Shown: positions 34,500 to 45,889 of the stretch, one piece after another
Position numbering within the stretch: position 1 is the first letter of the stretch
Layout of the letters: each line of letters begins with the position of its first letter
DNA from: Diplonema japonicum
Lineage: Eukaryota; Protista; Euglenozoa: Diplonemea
Assembly (NCBI GenBank): GCA_964019335.1
Contig: OZ025674.1
Coordinates: 62,001-126,000 of the forward strand
Length of the DNA: 64,000 bases
Direction: 5' to 3'
Notes under the pieces: model-generated
Seen by the model: the letters and a program-made list of their open reading frames with translations, nothing else
Told to the model about the DNA's origin: nothing
Databases searched by the model: none
Position numbers and translations under genes: made by a program

Positions 34500-36062
34500 A
34501 TGGAAGCCCGTCGTACCTCTTCATTCCAGTCACATTGCACGTCCAGTAGTTCCTCAAGCCTGAGTATCCGTACCTGCCAAGATGAGGACACGGACGAAGC
34601 AGAGGAAGTAGAGCGGAAGCCTTCAGCGGTGTCCCTGCCACGTCACGTGCCCCTCCACAGACCTTCTTACACATCGCACTCTAGCAAGGACAGCAGCTGC
34701 AGCAGCAGCAGCGGCAGAACAAGAAGCACGTTCCTCTCATCATCGTCCTCTGCCACCTCCTCCCTCAGCATCGAGCACTTCTCCGATGTGCACAGTTGTA
34801 GCTGTTATAGCGACAATGACCCCAAAGTGAAGGTGAAGGGTAATGAAGAAGCAGACGTGGAGCCTGAGGAGGGGGAGGAGGAAGAGATCAATGTACCCTG
34901 CCCTGTGCCATGCCCTGTGCCGTGTGGTACGTCTCATGACGTGACACAGAAGTGGTTCGGCAGCTACAGCTACAGCAATAGCAATAGTAATAGCAATAGT
35001 AATAGCAATAGTAATAGCAATAGCAACAGCAACAAGGAGACTAAGAGCACGACCTCTCGATCGGAGGCACCCTCTGAACCCCGCAGCAACCTGACCCCCC
35101 CACCGCCCGTGATGCGGGAGACGGTAGGCCCCCCCGCCCCCGCGCCCTCACTCGCGACAGGCGCACTCGCAAGGAAGGTCCTCTTGCGCAGCCCGTTCTA
35201 TCCCAACGGACCTTACCAAAGCAGGCCTGCGAGCCCCGTGTCGCAGTCCTTCGGCACGCCCGCCAGCAGCAGGCACTCCACCCCAATCCCTTCCCGGGCT
35301 ACTCCCCGCACTACCACCTTCTACCGCTCCAAGTCGCTACAGAACAAATCTACACGGGACAACAAACAGGGGGCGAAGAGGAGCCAGTCGGCTGTGGCGG
35401 TCAAGGGCGCAAGGAAGGGGAAGCGGCTGGAAGTGACAAGGAGCATCATGGAGGTGAAGCGCCGCAACACGCAGGAGAACGAGCTGCTCGCCGTGTGCGA
35501 GGCGTGCGTGGAGAGGCTCAGGCGCATGCGGGACACGGTGGCATGTAAGCTGTGCAAGGACAGCAGCGTGCGGCGGCTGAGGTTATATTTTAACAAGTTA
35601 AAGATGTACGCAGGAAGGAAGTTTCGGGTGAGGAAGGTGGACGAGGAAAAGCTGAGGATGCTGGCACGGGAGCTATGCAGCATACTAGGGGGCGAGGAGG
35701 GCAGGGTGTCCGTGCAGACACAGAAAAAGAAGCCGATGCGGAGGGGGAGCCTGGGGCTACGTGTGCTGGACACGACGGTGGTGGGTGTCGACCCCAACAC
35801 CCCTGCGCACTATGCCCGTCTTAAGCCTGGCGACATAATCACCGCCTACAATGGCACCACAACACCCACAGCAGCAATGCTGGACAAGGCCTTGTCGCAC
35901 GCAAAGCCTAACACACATATCCCACTCACTTACGAACGCAAGACCTCTAAGGGCATCGTGAAGACAACCACCTCCCTTGTGTGCCCAACCCTAAAGTACC
36001 CTCCCCGCCTTTCGTCCCCCATCAGGGTGCGCTCGATCAGCCCCTCGCCTTATTGGAGGTAA
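34500..36062 (+). CDS. Ser-rich disordered protein with C-terminal PDZ domain
   Basis: SLGLRV...VVGVDPNTPAHYARLKPGDIITAYNG; intact 520-aa ORF. Confidence 0.8.
   Translation: MEARRTSSFQSHCTSSSSSSLSIRTCQDEDTDEAEEVERKPSAVSLPRHVPLHRPSYTSHSSKDSSCSSSSGRTRSTFLSSSSSATSSLSIEHFSDVHSCSCYSDNDPKVKVKGNEEADVEPEEGEEEEINVPCPVPCPVPCGTSHDVTQKWFGSYSYSNSNSNSNSNSNSNSNSNSNKETKSTTSRSEAPSEPRSNLTPPPPVMRETVGPPAPAPSLATGALARKVLLRSPFYPNGPYQSRPASPVSQSFGTPASSRHSTPIPSRATPRTTTFYRSKSLQNKSTRDNKQGAKRSQSAVAVKGARKGKRLEVTRSIMEVKRRNTQENELLAVCEACVERLRRMRDTVACKLCKDSSVRRLRLYFNKLKMYAGRKFRVRKVDEEKLRMLARELCSILGGEEGRVSVQTQKKKPMRRGSLGLRVLDTTVVGVDPNTPAHYARLKPGDIITAYNGTTTPTAAMLDKALSHAKPNTHIPLTYERKTSKGIVKTTTSLVCPTLKYPPRLSSPIRVRSISPSPYWR
34962..35033 (+). 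repeat. Coding hexanucleotide microsatellite (AGYAAY)n encoding (SN)n
   Basis: agctacagctacagcaatagcaatagtaat... is seen directly. Confidence 0.9.
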
Positions 36063-36731
36063 GACCACCATTAAGCAAGCTTTATTTTCTCTTTTTTTTT
36101 TTTTTTTGTTATTTTTACGTCCCATATTTCTAAGAACATCTGGACATGCTCTACGGGGGCTATCGAGGGAATTTTTTTAGTAAAAAAGATTTTCCAAAAA
36201 AAAAAAAGGGGGGGTTGGCTGAGAGAAACTGATATTCTCAATTGTGCAAAAACCAACCCTTTCAGAGGGGGTTTTGTAAATTTATCTTTTTTTTTTCTTC
36301 CTTTTTCGAAAATTTTTATTTATGGGGCGTTGTTTTTATCCAATCCCTTTAAGGACTTAATGTCCTGTGATAACCCGTGAAACCACTTTATCCACAAGGA
36401 CCCATTTCCCCTGCTACACGAAACGGCATAAGGCGCTATTTCTTTCTATTTCCCCCCTTTTCTGGAAGAAAAAGTTTACGTAAGCCGTTTAAAAAAAAGT
36501 GCAACCGGGCACCCACGAATAAGTAGTTTCTTGAAAGATTTTCCGGTTTCTCAAGGGAAAAAAAAAATTCTTTTTTTTAGTTGCTGCTTAAAAAAAAAAA
36601 CTTTATTTCTTCTTTCTTCTTCTCTCCTCCTGCCCACCCCTGAGCTGCTTACGAGCACGTGTCATAATATTACCCCCCCCCCCCCCCGCCCTCCCCCAGT
36701 TCCCCACTTTTTTATCTGATGAAAAAACGGG

Positions 36732-36763
<32 letters not shown>

Positions 36764-37789
36764 AAAGAGCGGAATGTCTCTGCCTATCACAACGCGTTTT
36801 TTTTTCCCCCTAAAAAACCCCTGTGATGCTCCTTGACATGCTATTGTTTTCTTTCTTTGTTTCCTTTCGTCCCTCATTCTGTATCCTTAGAGTGATTCTG
36901 CTGAGGCCGCATTTTCTTTTTTTTTTTTTCTATTTCATATTTTTTTTTTTCGTGCTGCAATTAAAAAATAATAATAATAACTAAAACGGGTAAAGTGCTT
37001 CACCAGAACCTCCCCCCCCCCCCCCCCCCAGCCTGTTTGGATTGACTTAGACACGGGTCATATTTTGCAGCTTTTCTTTTTTCCTCGTTCAAAAAATGAT
37101 TTTATAACTGTATGCAACTTGTGCCGAGCAGTAGACTTTCGCAGCTTTTCTTTTTGCTCGTGCGAACAACCAAAGAGATATAGTCATAAATAATTATTAT
37201 TTTTTGAAACCTTTCCGTGGGTGCGCGGACAAATGGTCAATAATTTAAAGTCTGTCAAAAAATTGAATGTTTTCGTCAGTTGGGGGGGGGGGGGGGGGGG
37301 CATATTAACTTGGATGTGGTCAATACCCTTTTCACCCCTGTCGGAGAATGTGCATTTCTGCCACGCAAAAGAAAGAAAAAAAAAAGGAACGAATCAAAAG
37401 TAAAACTAAAAATAATTGCATTTTTTCTTCTTCTTCTCTCCCCTCTACCGGTGCTGCAACAGGTCTTCCCCCCCCCTCTTTTTTCTTGTTTTTTATATTC
37501 TTATTTACACACCCGAGCGGGGAAGCCCCTGAAGGACGGTCGCTTTTATAAGTAGCCTGTTTTTTTTTTCTCCTTTTCTTTTTTTCTCTTCGAAAAACAA
37601 AAAAAAATGGTATTCTCCTTTCCCCTCATTCATCCCCCCCGCCCCCCATATTATTTCCTTTTTTTATCCCCACACCCCCCCTTCTTCCCACCCCTTTCTT
37701 TTTTTTTATTCCCTTCTCTATAATACCTATATTTTCCCACCCCCGTTCTTTTCATTTCTATTAAAAAAAAAAACCCCTTTAAAAAAAGG

Positions 37790-38380
37790 ATGGGCGTGAT
37801 ATGTTTAACAACAAGAGTGCTCTATGCGCTGGTGGTGGCAGGGGGTGTGGCAACCATGTGGCGAGGTGGGTGGGTGGCTGTTGATGCAAGGTTGTACCCT
37901 GATGACAGAGTCAAAAGTTCATGGGTAGGGGGGTTGATAGGGATCGGTGTGCTAGTGGCACAGGTCTTGCTTGTTGATTTACTTGAAAGCTTCTGTACAC
38001 GGCACACAAATCTAGCATTAGTGGTGAGCAGGCTGTGGGCGTACTCGACCTGCTGGACGGGGATCCTGATCTGGAGGGCCTTCTGGCAGCTATCCGATCA
38101 CCTCACTCACGTCCCTCTTGCCCCGTCGGGCATCGACACCTCACTCGAGAGGAACGCCCTCCTCACTCACTTTATCGGCTGTGCGATCCTCCTCTGCCTC
38201 AACACGCTCAGGTCCGGCACAGCTTCACCCAATATCTATCTGAACGATACTGCTCTGCCTCACATCAAATCGGTCATGAATGTCGCGCGCATTGAGCACC
38301 CGCTTGTCTCCTCCCCGTCGGTCGAGCAGGTGATCAAGGGCACAGAAAAGAGTGCTGAGATATCCACGGAGCCTGTTTGA
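37790..38380 (+). CDS. Fuseless-like multi-pass membrane protein
   Basis: Duplicated WRG.W...D motif (MWRGGWVAVDARLYPDD; IWRAFWQLSD) and C-terminal TLRS..ASP. Confidence 0.7.
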   Translation: MGVICLTTRVLYALVVAGGVATMWRGGWVAVDARLYPDDRVKSSWVGGLIGIGVLVAQVLLVDLLESFCTRHTNLALVVSRLWAYSTCWTGILIWRAFWQLSDHLTHVPLAPSGIDTSLERNALLTHFIGCAILLCLNTLRSGTASPNIYLNDTALPHIKSVMNVARIEHPLVSSPSVEQVIKGTEKSAEISTEPV

Positions 38381-39680
38381 TTACAACTCTATCTTATAAT
38401 AATCCCCCTACCCCCTGCTACCTTGAATATTTTTTTTCTTCTCCGCCCTCTCATTTTTTTGGGGTTTAAACCGTTGCCTGACTTTGGGGGAGGGGATTTT
38501 TTTTTCTCCTTCCCAAGGCTCCATAAAAAAGAAGGGGGTGAGGTGGCTTTTATTGTGTTTTTTAAACATTCTCTCTCTTTCCCTTTGGGGGAAAAAAAAA
38601 AAAAAAAAAAAAAAACGTTCTCCTTCTCTTGGCGCTAATCGTCAACCTTTTTGAAAGTACCTACCAGTTTTATTCTTATACCCCCCCCCCCTTTATTCGA
38701 CATATAAGTTTTGTCTCTTTGTTTCCTCTTTTAATTTCAACGAGAAAAAAAAAAAAAACACACACTGGCACTATTCTGTTTGTAATTTATAGGTTAAACT
38801 TAGATTCATAACCCCAGATTTCATTCTTTTTGGTGCAATAGGGTCGGGTGATCACCCTGGTTTTTTACCCTGACTGAAAAGGCATATTATTTTACCGAAA
38901 AGTCAAAGTCATTTCAAAAAAAAAAAGAGCTTACAGAGTCTTGCCCCCCCCCCCCCCCCCCCCCCTCACCCCTTTTTTTTCCCGCAAAAGAAATTTATTT
39001 TCCTCTAAATGAAAAAAAAGGAAAAAAGAAGAAGGGTACGTTGAACACGTGCGTGTTGTGTGTCAGCTTTTTTTTTTTTTTTTTTTTTGCTGAGCAGAAC
39101 CACGTGGCATTCAATGAGAATTTTTGCAGAAAGCATGGGAAACTCATCACACAAGGGTCCTTGTGTCGGATACTGGTGGGTATTTAAATTCTTTCCGGTT
39201 TTTTTTTTTTTTTTTTTTTTCCCTGCTTTCTGCCGTTCCTTCTTTTTTTCCCCCCCCCCCCTCTCTTTTTACTTCTTGCTTCCACCTTCCTGAAACCCCA
39301 CCAAAAAAAAAAAATACGACCTGCAAACACACGATGAGCCATGAATTAAGGCTCATTTTAGCGGAAGTAGTAAAGTCGGGTTTATTACATTTTATTACAC
39401 CCCCTTTCGTCATTTGAGTCACTGCCTGCAGCTCCACGTGGATTGCCGAACAGTTTCAAGACAAGACGGGGTTTTGTGAAATAAAAAAAAGTAATGGGAA
39501 CATTCGTCGTTTCTTTTCTTTCTTTCTTATTTTGTTTTCTAATCCAAATCTCGCCCTCCAAAGAGTAAATGTCTACTAACACATTTCTTTTTTTTTTAAA
39601 AAAAAAAAATATATATATATATATATTTTACGACAATTCTATTACATTTGTAACACCACCAGGCACTGTGGGAGGGCCGT

Positions 39681-41549
39681 ATGCTGTCGGGCAAGGTATC
39701 CCTGAAGCAGGTCCTGCAACTTCAAATAACTAAAGATGAGATAGCCCCCCTGTTGATACAGTGCTCGCAAGGCATGTATGGCTCCTCCATGGCGGGGGAT
39801 GTCATGCTGGAGAAGAGTCTAGTCGGCTCTTTCGCCCGCGTAGTGGTGTCGCTGACGCAAGGAGGTGAGAAGAAAAAAGTAGGCAAACTTCTGCGAATCA
39901 AGTCAATCCGTGCTGGTCAAGAGGCATACATAGTGGGATCCTCTGTGACAGCTAAGTACCTAGAGCTAGAAGCTGATGGGAGTGTGACTAGAATCAAGAT
40001 GACACAGCTCAGTAATGGAATTGTAACACAAGCTGAACTTGACACATGGCTAGAGGGTTTCAAGAGCACCCTGCCTCCTGACCCTGCAGAGCTTGACGCC
40101 AAGTGGGCAGAGATCAAAGAGATGCGGGAACGAAAGAACCGTAGAGAAGCGCTGCTCAGCGCACCTCAGCCACCCCCGTCCCCCAGCCACCCTGGAGAGC
40201 ACCCTGAGTTCAATGTTCCACCACACCCCTCGGACATCCCCAGCGAGCTGGAACAGTCCTTGCGCCCTGCAGCATCATCTCTCGTCCCCCGCCCCGCTTC
40301 TCATGTTCTTGAAGGGAACCAGGCAGCACCGCAGGTTAAAAAAGAAGTCAAACCTGTAGCTCAGAAAAAGGAAAAAGAACCCAGCACACACCCTATTGCC
40401 TACGTTGCGTGCTCTGTATGGAGAGGCCCCAAGGCGGGCTGTTATTTCGGATCTGGGCCAAGGTATGCCGCGGCAACACACGTAACAGACACAGCGGCCT
40501 TGGCTACTACGTAGACCTCCCACTCAGCAAGTCCTCTCCAGCGGGCCCTGCGCCGTCTCCCTTTTTGCTTCCCATGCCGCCTGTGCCCGCTGCGCCTAGC
40601 ACACCGCAGCCCGTGGCGAAAACAGCTGCCCTGCCGCCACCACCTCCACCACCACCACCCCCAGCACAGCCGAACCGGCAAGACACCATACCCAACCCGT
40701 TTGACATTCAGATCACTCTGAAACCGCAGCACGAAGAGAAGGGGACACCTTACTCCAGCAGCGGACAGTGGTCGCAGCAGTTCCAGGACAGGGGCGGGTC
40801 AAAAAGCGCCAAGAAAGCAACCACAGATGCCGGTGCGTACACCAGCAGCCTGCGAGGCATGGGCAGCGTCGGTTTTGAGGAACTGTCGCAAGACGAACAG
40901 GTGCCCATCATGGAGAAGGCTCGGGTGAAGGTGGCGGAGCTGCTGGCGCAGATTAAGCAAGAGACAGAGAGGCTCATAGAAGAAGAGGTGAGATTAGCAG
41001 CCACAAAACCAAAGGGGGAGGAAGCCTCGCGTGAGGCGATGGCAGCAAGGGACGAAGTCGTGGCAGAGCTGAAGCATCGGAAAGAGGAATTGTCAAGTGA
41101 CTGCAGTCGTGCTGTGGCAAAGGCTAACAGGCAGAAGTATATCTACTCTGAGCTTGAGGACCAGAAGATCGACCAGGACGACGAGTACAGGGACGCCATG
41201 GACGTGCAGGTACACAACGTGCATTACAACCATTTAAACACAGAACGGGCGAGTGTCTTTCTCAGAAGTGAAACTGCGCGTGCTTGGTCAGCGGCGTGAG
41301 GCCATGCTGCGAGCAGAGGAGAACCTTGTGGCTGCCAACAAGGTCCAGCAAGAGGTCGCGGTGCTGACAGGCGAGATTGCCGCGAAGGAGGTATGCGCAG
41401 CTCACCTCTTCAAGTGCACACCACAGATGCGCATCTTGGATGGTGTCACTGCACGGAACAACGAGGTGGCCGACAGGTACCGCGCTTTGAAAAAGCGCAA
41501 AGCTGCCTTAGAGAGCGAACTGGCCAACAAAAAAGCGCGTAGCACCTGA
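39681..41549 (+). CDS. Plus3-domain (RTF1-like) protein with Pro-rich and coiled-coil regions (introns 40463-40494, 41210-41243, 41391-41426)
   Basis: LQITKDEI...LVGSFARV...LLRIKSI...Y.VG...T.KYLEL...MTQLSN..VTQAELDTW. The introns join three ORF-track fragments in frame and restore the motif WRGPK.GCYFG.GPSGLGYYVD. Confidence 0.75.
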
Positions 41550-41620
41550 CGACAGTGTTACACCATCACAGCAGATACCTGCTTTGCACTCAATCTTTCT
41601 CACTCAACCACAGGTGTGGG

Positions 41621-42697
41621 ATGGGCACACCTAAGAAGATAAAACTATTAAATGTCGAACCCACAGGAAGCAGTGTGTGGGGCCTGCAGGAAGCGTGGAA
41701 TGTGCTAGGCCAGTGTGACTGGAGTGGTGTTGTAGCCGACGAGGCAGTGGCGACGGGGCCGGTGGAGAGGAAGGTTAGTGGTAAGCGCAAGCTAGTAGAT
41801 GTGGTGAACAGTGCGGTAGCGATGCATGGTGCCATGACGGGGGGTGGGCTGTGTGCTGTGAAGGAAGCGGAACAAAGCAAGACGGCCACCCCCACTAGCT
41901 CGGCGAGGAGGGACGCACTGCGCAAGGCAGCAAGCGTACTGGAAACTGCCGCCGCTGCCATCAAAGCCAACGCTGATGTGTCGAAGGAGAACGTAGCGAA
42001 GATCCTCGAGCACCAAGGTAAAGGACGCATCCTCACGAGGCGTGTTGTGCCCGATGCACCACTGCCCTCCCTGCAGGGTGTGCTCGTGCTTGCAGAGGAG
42101 GAGCGAGCTTACAGGGTACAGCAGGCTGGGGGCCTGGTGTGGGCGGCTCTTCAGAGGCTTCTCCCTAAACTTAACTTCCCGGTGTTCTCCCTCACCAGCA
42201 CATGCTTTGAGATAGGGCTGCAGTCCTGGGCACCAAGGTACCATGTGTTAAAGGGGGCTGCTGAGACAGGCACTCTACGAGGCGGGCACCCTGTGTCTTT
42301 TACGGTTCCACACCTACCTGCGGCATGGGTGGAGGGGCACCTACTGGGCGCTGCTGTCGAGGGGATAGATACAGCGGCCCCTTACACACCTGTGAGCATC
42401 GAGCCTGCCCTCACAGATGCGCTGCGCTTCTTGCAGCTCACATCGTCGCTGTCGTTGCTAGCAGAGTCTTGCAAGCAGTACGACTTCGAAGCGCAAGTGG
42501 CGCCTGTTGAGTACCCTATAGCAGGCATGCTGACGCTGTTGGACCCGAGAACTAAAAAAGTGTGCATCACTGCTGTGGTGAAGGGGGACACCGTGCGCTT
42601 CGAGGACCCCAGCACAGCGGAGGACGTGACGTGCAGCGTGGCGGGGCTTGTGGGCGACAGGTCGTACTTCAAGACCTTACAGGGGAAGTATCTCTAG
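41621..42697 (+). CDS. Hypothetical protein, weakly Mediator Med17-like
   Basis: Intact ORF; ATG lies 8 nt after a CACAG acceptor-like site; RRDALRKAASVLETAAAAI recalls the Med17 helix. The ORF is solid but the identity is weak. Confidence 0.55.
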   Translation: MGTPKKIKLLNVEPTGSSVWGLQEAWNVLGQCDWSGVVADEAVATGPVERKVSGKRKLVDVVNSAVAMHGAMTGGGLCAVKEAEQSKTATPTSSARRDALRKAASVLETAAAAIKANADVSKENVAKILEHQGKGRILTRRVVPDAPLPSLQGVLVLAEEERAYRVQQAGGLVWAALQRLLPKLNFPVFSLTSTCFEIGLQSWAPRYHVLKGAAETGTLRGGHPVSFTVPHLPAAWVEGHLLGAAVEGIDTAAPYTPVSIEPALTDALRFLQLTSSLSLLAESCKQYDFEAQVAPVEYPIAGMLTLLDPRTKKVCITAVVKGDTVRFEDPSTAEDVTCSVAGLVGDRSYFKTLQGKYL

Positions 42698-42741
42698 TAG
42701 TGGGTCTTTGCATGCTATTCATCACCTTCATCACAGACAAC

Positions 42742-43752
42742 ATGAGCGAAGGCTCGGTCGAGTCCATCCCGCGCAGCGAGGTGTCAGATGAGTCCACCGA
42801 CTTCGGGGACTACTGGGTGCCCAACGAGGAAGAGCAAGGCCTGCTGGAGATAATGTATGCGTTGGGTGAAGAGGAGAGGGTGCATCTCTTCACACGGCCT
42901 GTCGAGGAGCTACGGGGCAACCTTTGCGGATACGACGGGTCCTTCATCGACCTCACGGGACAGGTGTTCGTGCAAGGGAAGGACGCGGCACTGCGGGAGG
43001 GAACAGCGGCCCTCATGGACGACAAACTGTACAGTGTAAAGGGGTTCGCAGAGTCCATCAAACGGCTCAGGGAGAACAACTTCATCCTGGTCTCCTACAG
43101 GGACTGGTCCAGCTGGGCGACGAGGGTCCACCACAACGAAGTGAAAGGCGGCTTTGGCTGCCTATCTGAAGGTGGCATCGTGCTGAACCCCTTCCGGAAG
43201 GGGTACGTCGACAAGTACTTCGCAGTAGTAGTGAACAGTGGGCCAGCGTACTTCGTCCCGATGAGCAAGAAGCAGTACGTGATAGCGGTGATGAGGTGCC
43301 ATGAGAACAAGCTGAAGGGTGTGGAGATGCTGACAGAAGACCAGTTCAATGAGGTTATGAGTCATGAAGAGAAAGTGCACACCATGAACGGGGACGCAAT
43401 GGAATGGGTGGTGACACCAGATGTGTCTATCTGGCCCGTGTCGCAGAGTGCTTCCTTGGCTGTGCTGTCTGTCATTACTGCAGCAAGCTTGTACTTCAAC
43501 AGTTTCAAAACCACGTTTTCCTGGATGTGTTGTGGGTTGGCTACCTTTGCCACAGCTGCACTCCTTGCATCCACACCTCTCGCGCCTTCAGCCGAGGCCC
43601 CTCTCTCCTTCCTTTCCCCAGGCCTCCTGATCCTCCCTCTCTACTCTGCCCCCTCTCGCACGCGTAATGCTACCATGGCTGTCTTCTCGGCCCTATCTCT
43701 CGCTGTTAACTACCGCCTTGCAAAGTGGAGGGCTTCCGTGTTACTGGTGTAG
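42742..43752 (+). CDS. Hypothetical protein with C-terminal transmembrane helices
   Basis: Intact ORF from the first ATG after the upstream stop and a CACAG; soluble N-terminal domain followed by 3-4 hydrophobic segments. Confidence 0.7.
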   Translation: MSEGSVESIPRSEVSDESTDFGDYWVPNEEEQGLLEIMYALGEEERVHLFTRPVEELRGNLCGYDGSFIDLTGQVFVQGKDAALREGTAALMDDKLYSVKGFAESIKRLRENNFILVSYRDWSSWATRVHHNEVKGGFGCLSEGGIVLNPFRKGYVDKYFAVVVNSGPAYFVPMSKKQYVIAVMRCHENKLKGVEMLTEDQFNEVMSHEEKVHTMNGDAMEWVVTPDVSIWPVSQSASLAVLSVITAASLYFNSFKTTFSWMCCGLATFATAALLASTPLAPSAEAPLSFLSPGLLILPLYSAPSRTRNATMAVFSALSLAVNYRLAKWRASVLLV

Positions 43753-43882
43753 ATGGAAGGGCTTATGTTTAGGCTCGTTGTTATTATAATACTTTTTTCT
43801 TTTTCTTTTTTTTTTGTGTTCCCCCTTTTTATTTCTTTTTTTTTTGTAAAAGGGTAGCTTAAGGGTTACAAATGATGCAAAT

Positions 43883-43927
<45 letters not shown>

Positions 43928-44295
43928 AAAGAGGGGCAAAAAGCTTTTTAAAAAGAACCCCCCCTATTGATATAGGGGGTCGCAGGAAGAGGAAAAGAAA
44001 AAGGGGGTGGAAAAAAAATGTGGTCACTTATTCACTATTTGTCAGTTTTTCCTCTTTTTTTTTTTTTTTTTTTTTGAGGCGGCAGTTTTCAAAAAAAAAG
44101 AAAAAAAAGAGAGAAGAGAGACACGGAAAAAAAAGCAGGATGTGTGAGAATTTTCTTTTTTTTTTTCGCACTCTGGTGAACATTTTTTTTTTTTTTTTTT
44201 AGTGTTTCTTTCCCCCCCTCGTTTTTTTTTTTCACAACTCTCGCAACATCAAGAGAAGAAAAAAAAAGAGAAGGAAAAAAAAAAAAAAAAAAAAC

Positions 44296-44625
44296 ATGTA
44301 CACTGTCCCCACCCACGCTATGAGTGACCTCGACCTTACCGCCTGTGATGCCCCTGCTTCTCCCAGATTGAAGCCAATTAAGAAGGTGTTCCTCGATGAT
44401 AGTTTGGATCTCGGAAGTGTGAATAGTATGGGCTACGAGCCTGTTTCGAGGGGGCAGAAGGGAAGCGACCTGACCTTGCTCACGTGGCTCAGAAGGCAGT
44501 CAAAGTATGGAGGGGGCAAATTTAAGGAAACTTCACGCAGCATGTCGCTGTCCCCGAGCACCACAACCCTTTCCTCCTCTGACATGAGTTTCAACAGTGA
44601 AACTCTAAGTTTGACTTCCGAATAA
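44296..44625 (+). CDS. Small Ser-rich hypothetical protein (start may be 44320)
   Basis: A homopolymer-free, balanced-composition island coincides exactly with an ATG-to-stop ORF on the array strand. Confidence 0.5.
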   Translation: MYTVPTHAMSDLDLTACDAPASPRLKPIKKVFLDDSLDLGSVNSMGYEPVSRGQKGSDLTLLTWLRRQSKYGGGKFKETSRSMSLSPSTTTLSSSDMSFNSETLSLTSE

Positions 44626-44628
44626 TTG

Positions 44629-44664
<36 letters not shown>

Positions 44665-44889
44665 CTTTAGTTTATTTAAAAAACATGGATCTGCATTTAA
44701 AAAAAAAAAAAAAAAAAAAATGAAAGTGACCGGATTGACAAAAAAGAGAAAAAAAAATTTTTAAGATCAATTTTCTGTCAGTTTAAGGCTGGAGGGAGCT
44801 CCCCCTTCTTTCTTTCTTTTTTTTTTTTTTTTGGCGTTTGGAAAAACTTTTGTCGGTCCGACCTCTCACTTTACAGTAATTCCAAATAC

Positions 44890-44922
<33 letters not shown>

Positions 44923-45655
44923 TATTATTTATTCATTAAGAGATATTCGTGTTTAACCACCTTAAACATAGGTATTCCTTTTTTTTTTTAACTTTAGTTT
45001 ATAAGTGTGTATGCACCTTCTTTGTCACTTTTGGCAATTTATATTCTTTTTTTTCCCCCTCCATTTGAATCACTTTCTAACCCCCCAATATATTTATCAA
45101 TTATTTTTGTTTCTCTTTTTTATAAATTACCCCCCCCCCCCCCCAATAATAGAAGGTTTAGGGAATGATAAGAAACATTAAAAAAAACGATTTTTTTGTT
45201 TATTTTGACGCCAGATCCTATCCTCCTTCTCTCTTTTCATGGAAAAGAAAAAGAAACACCCCCCGAATTCCAACTACAAAAATTACTTCAACAGAAGCTG
45301 TGAATTTGATATGGGGGCCTTTTTTGAAACCTAACCTTCTCCCCCCCCCCCCCCCCTGGAAACTTCATTTCCAAAAATTTATAATGACTTATAGTAAAGT
45401 TTTAAAAAAAGGGGGGTCAAAAAAAAACATGGAAAAATTCATCAGGAAGGGAAAACAACATCATTTTTTTTTTTCCCTTACATCTAGCACACAAAGGTCC
45501 CTCCTGAGTCCATTCTTTTTTTTTTTCCTCTTTTTATTTTCTTTGAAATCAAAAAAAAAAATATTTGTTAGGCAAAATAAGTTGTAACCTGTAAGTATTC
45601 AGGACCCAAGAAATTAGAATGGGGGTTATCCCTCCCAGGACCCCCGAACACCTAT

Positions 45656-45696
<41 letters not shown>

Positions 45697-45889
45697 GCAT
45701 CTATTTAGAGAGGAAATGAAAGGGTGCCAAAAAAAAAAATCATAAAAAAGTGGACAATGCATTAAGATTAAGAAAAAGAGGGAGAAAAAAAAATATATAG
45801 TAAGTGTCCTTTTCCTTTTCGGTTTTCCTGTCACTAGTTTACTTCCCTCTTTGTTTGTTTTTTTTTTTTTTTTTTTTTTTTCTTTCTTC

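Noticed and set aside
39030-39580. Small hairpins and CACGTG motifs suggesting an ncRNA; similar islands at 36110-36540, 49250-49600, 50520-50740 and 63360-63760
   Set aside because: No recognisable tRNA, snRNA, SL RNA or C/D box architecture; would need a covariance-model search.
42688-42736. Spacer spliced as an intron to fuse the 41621 and 42742 genes
   Set aside because: The junction would be out of frame with the downstream ORF.
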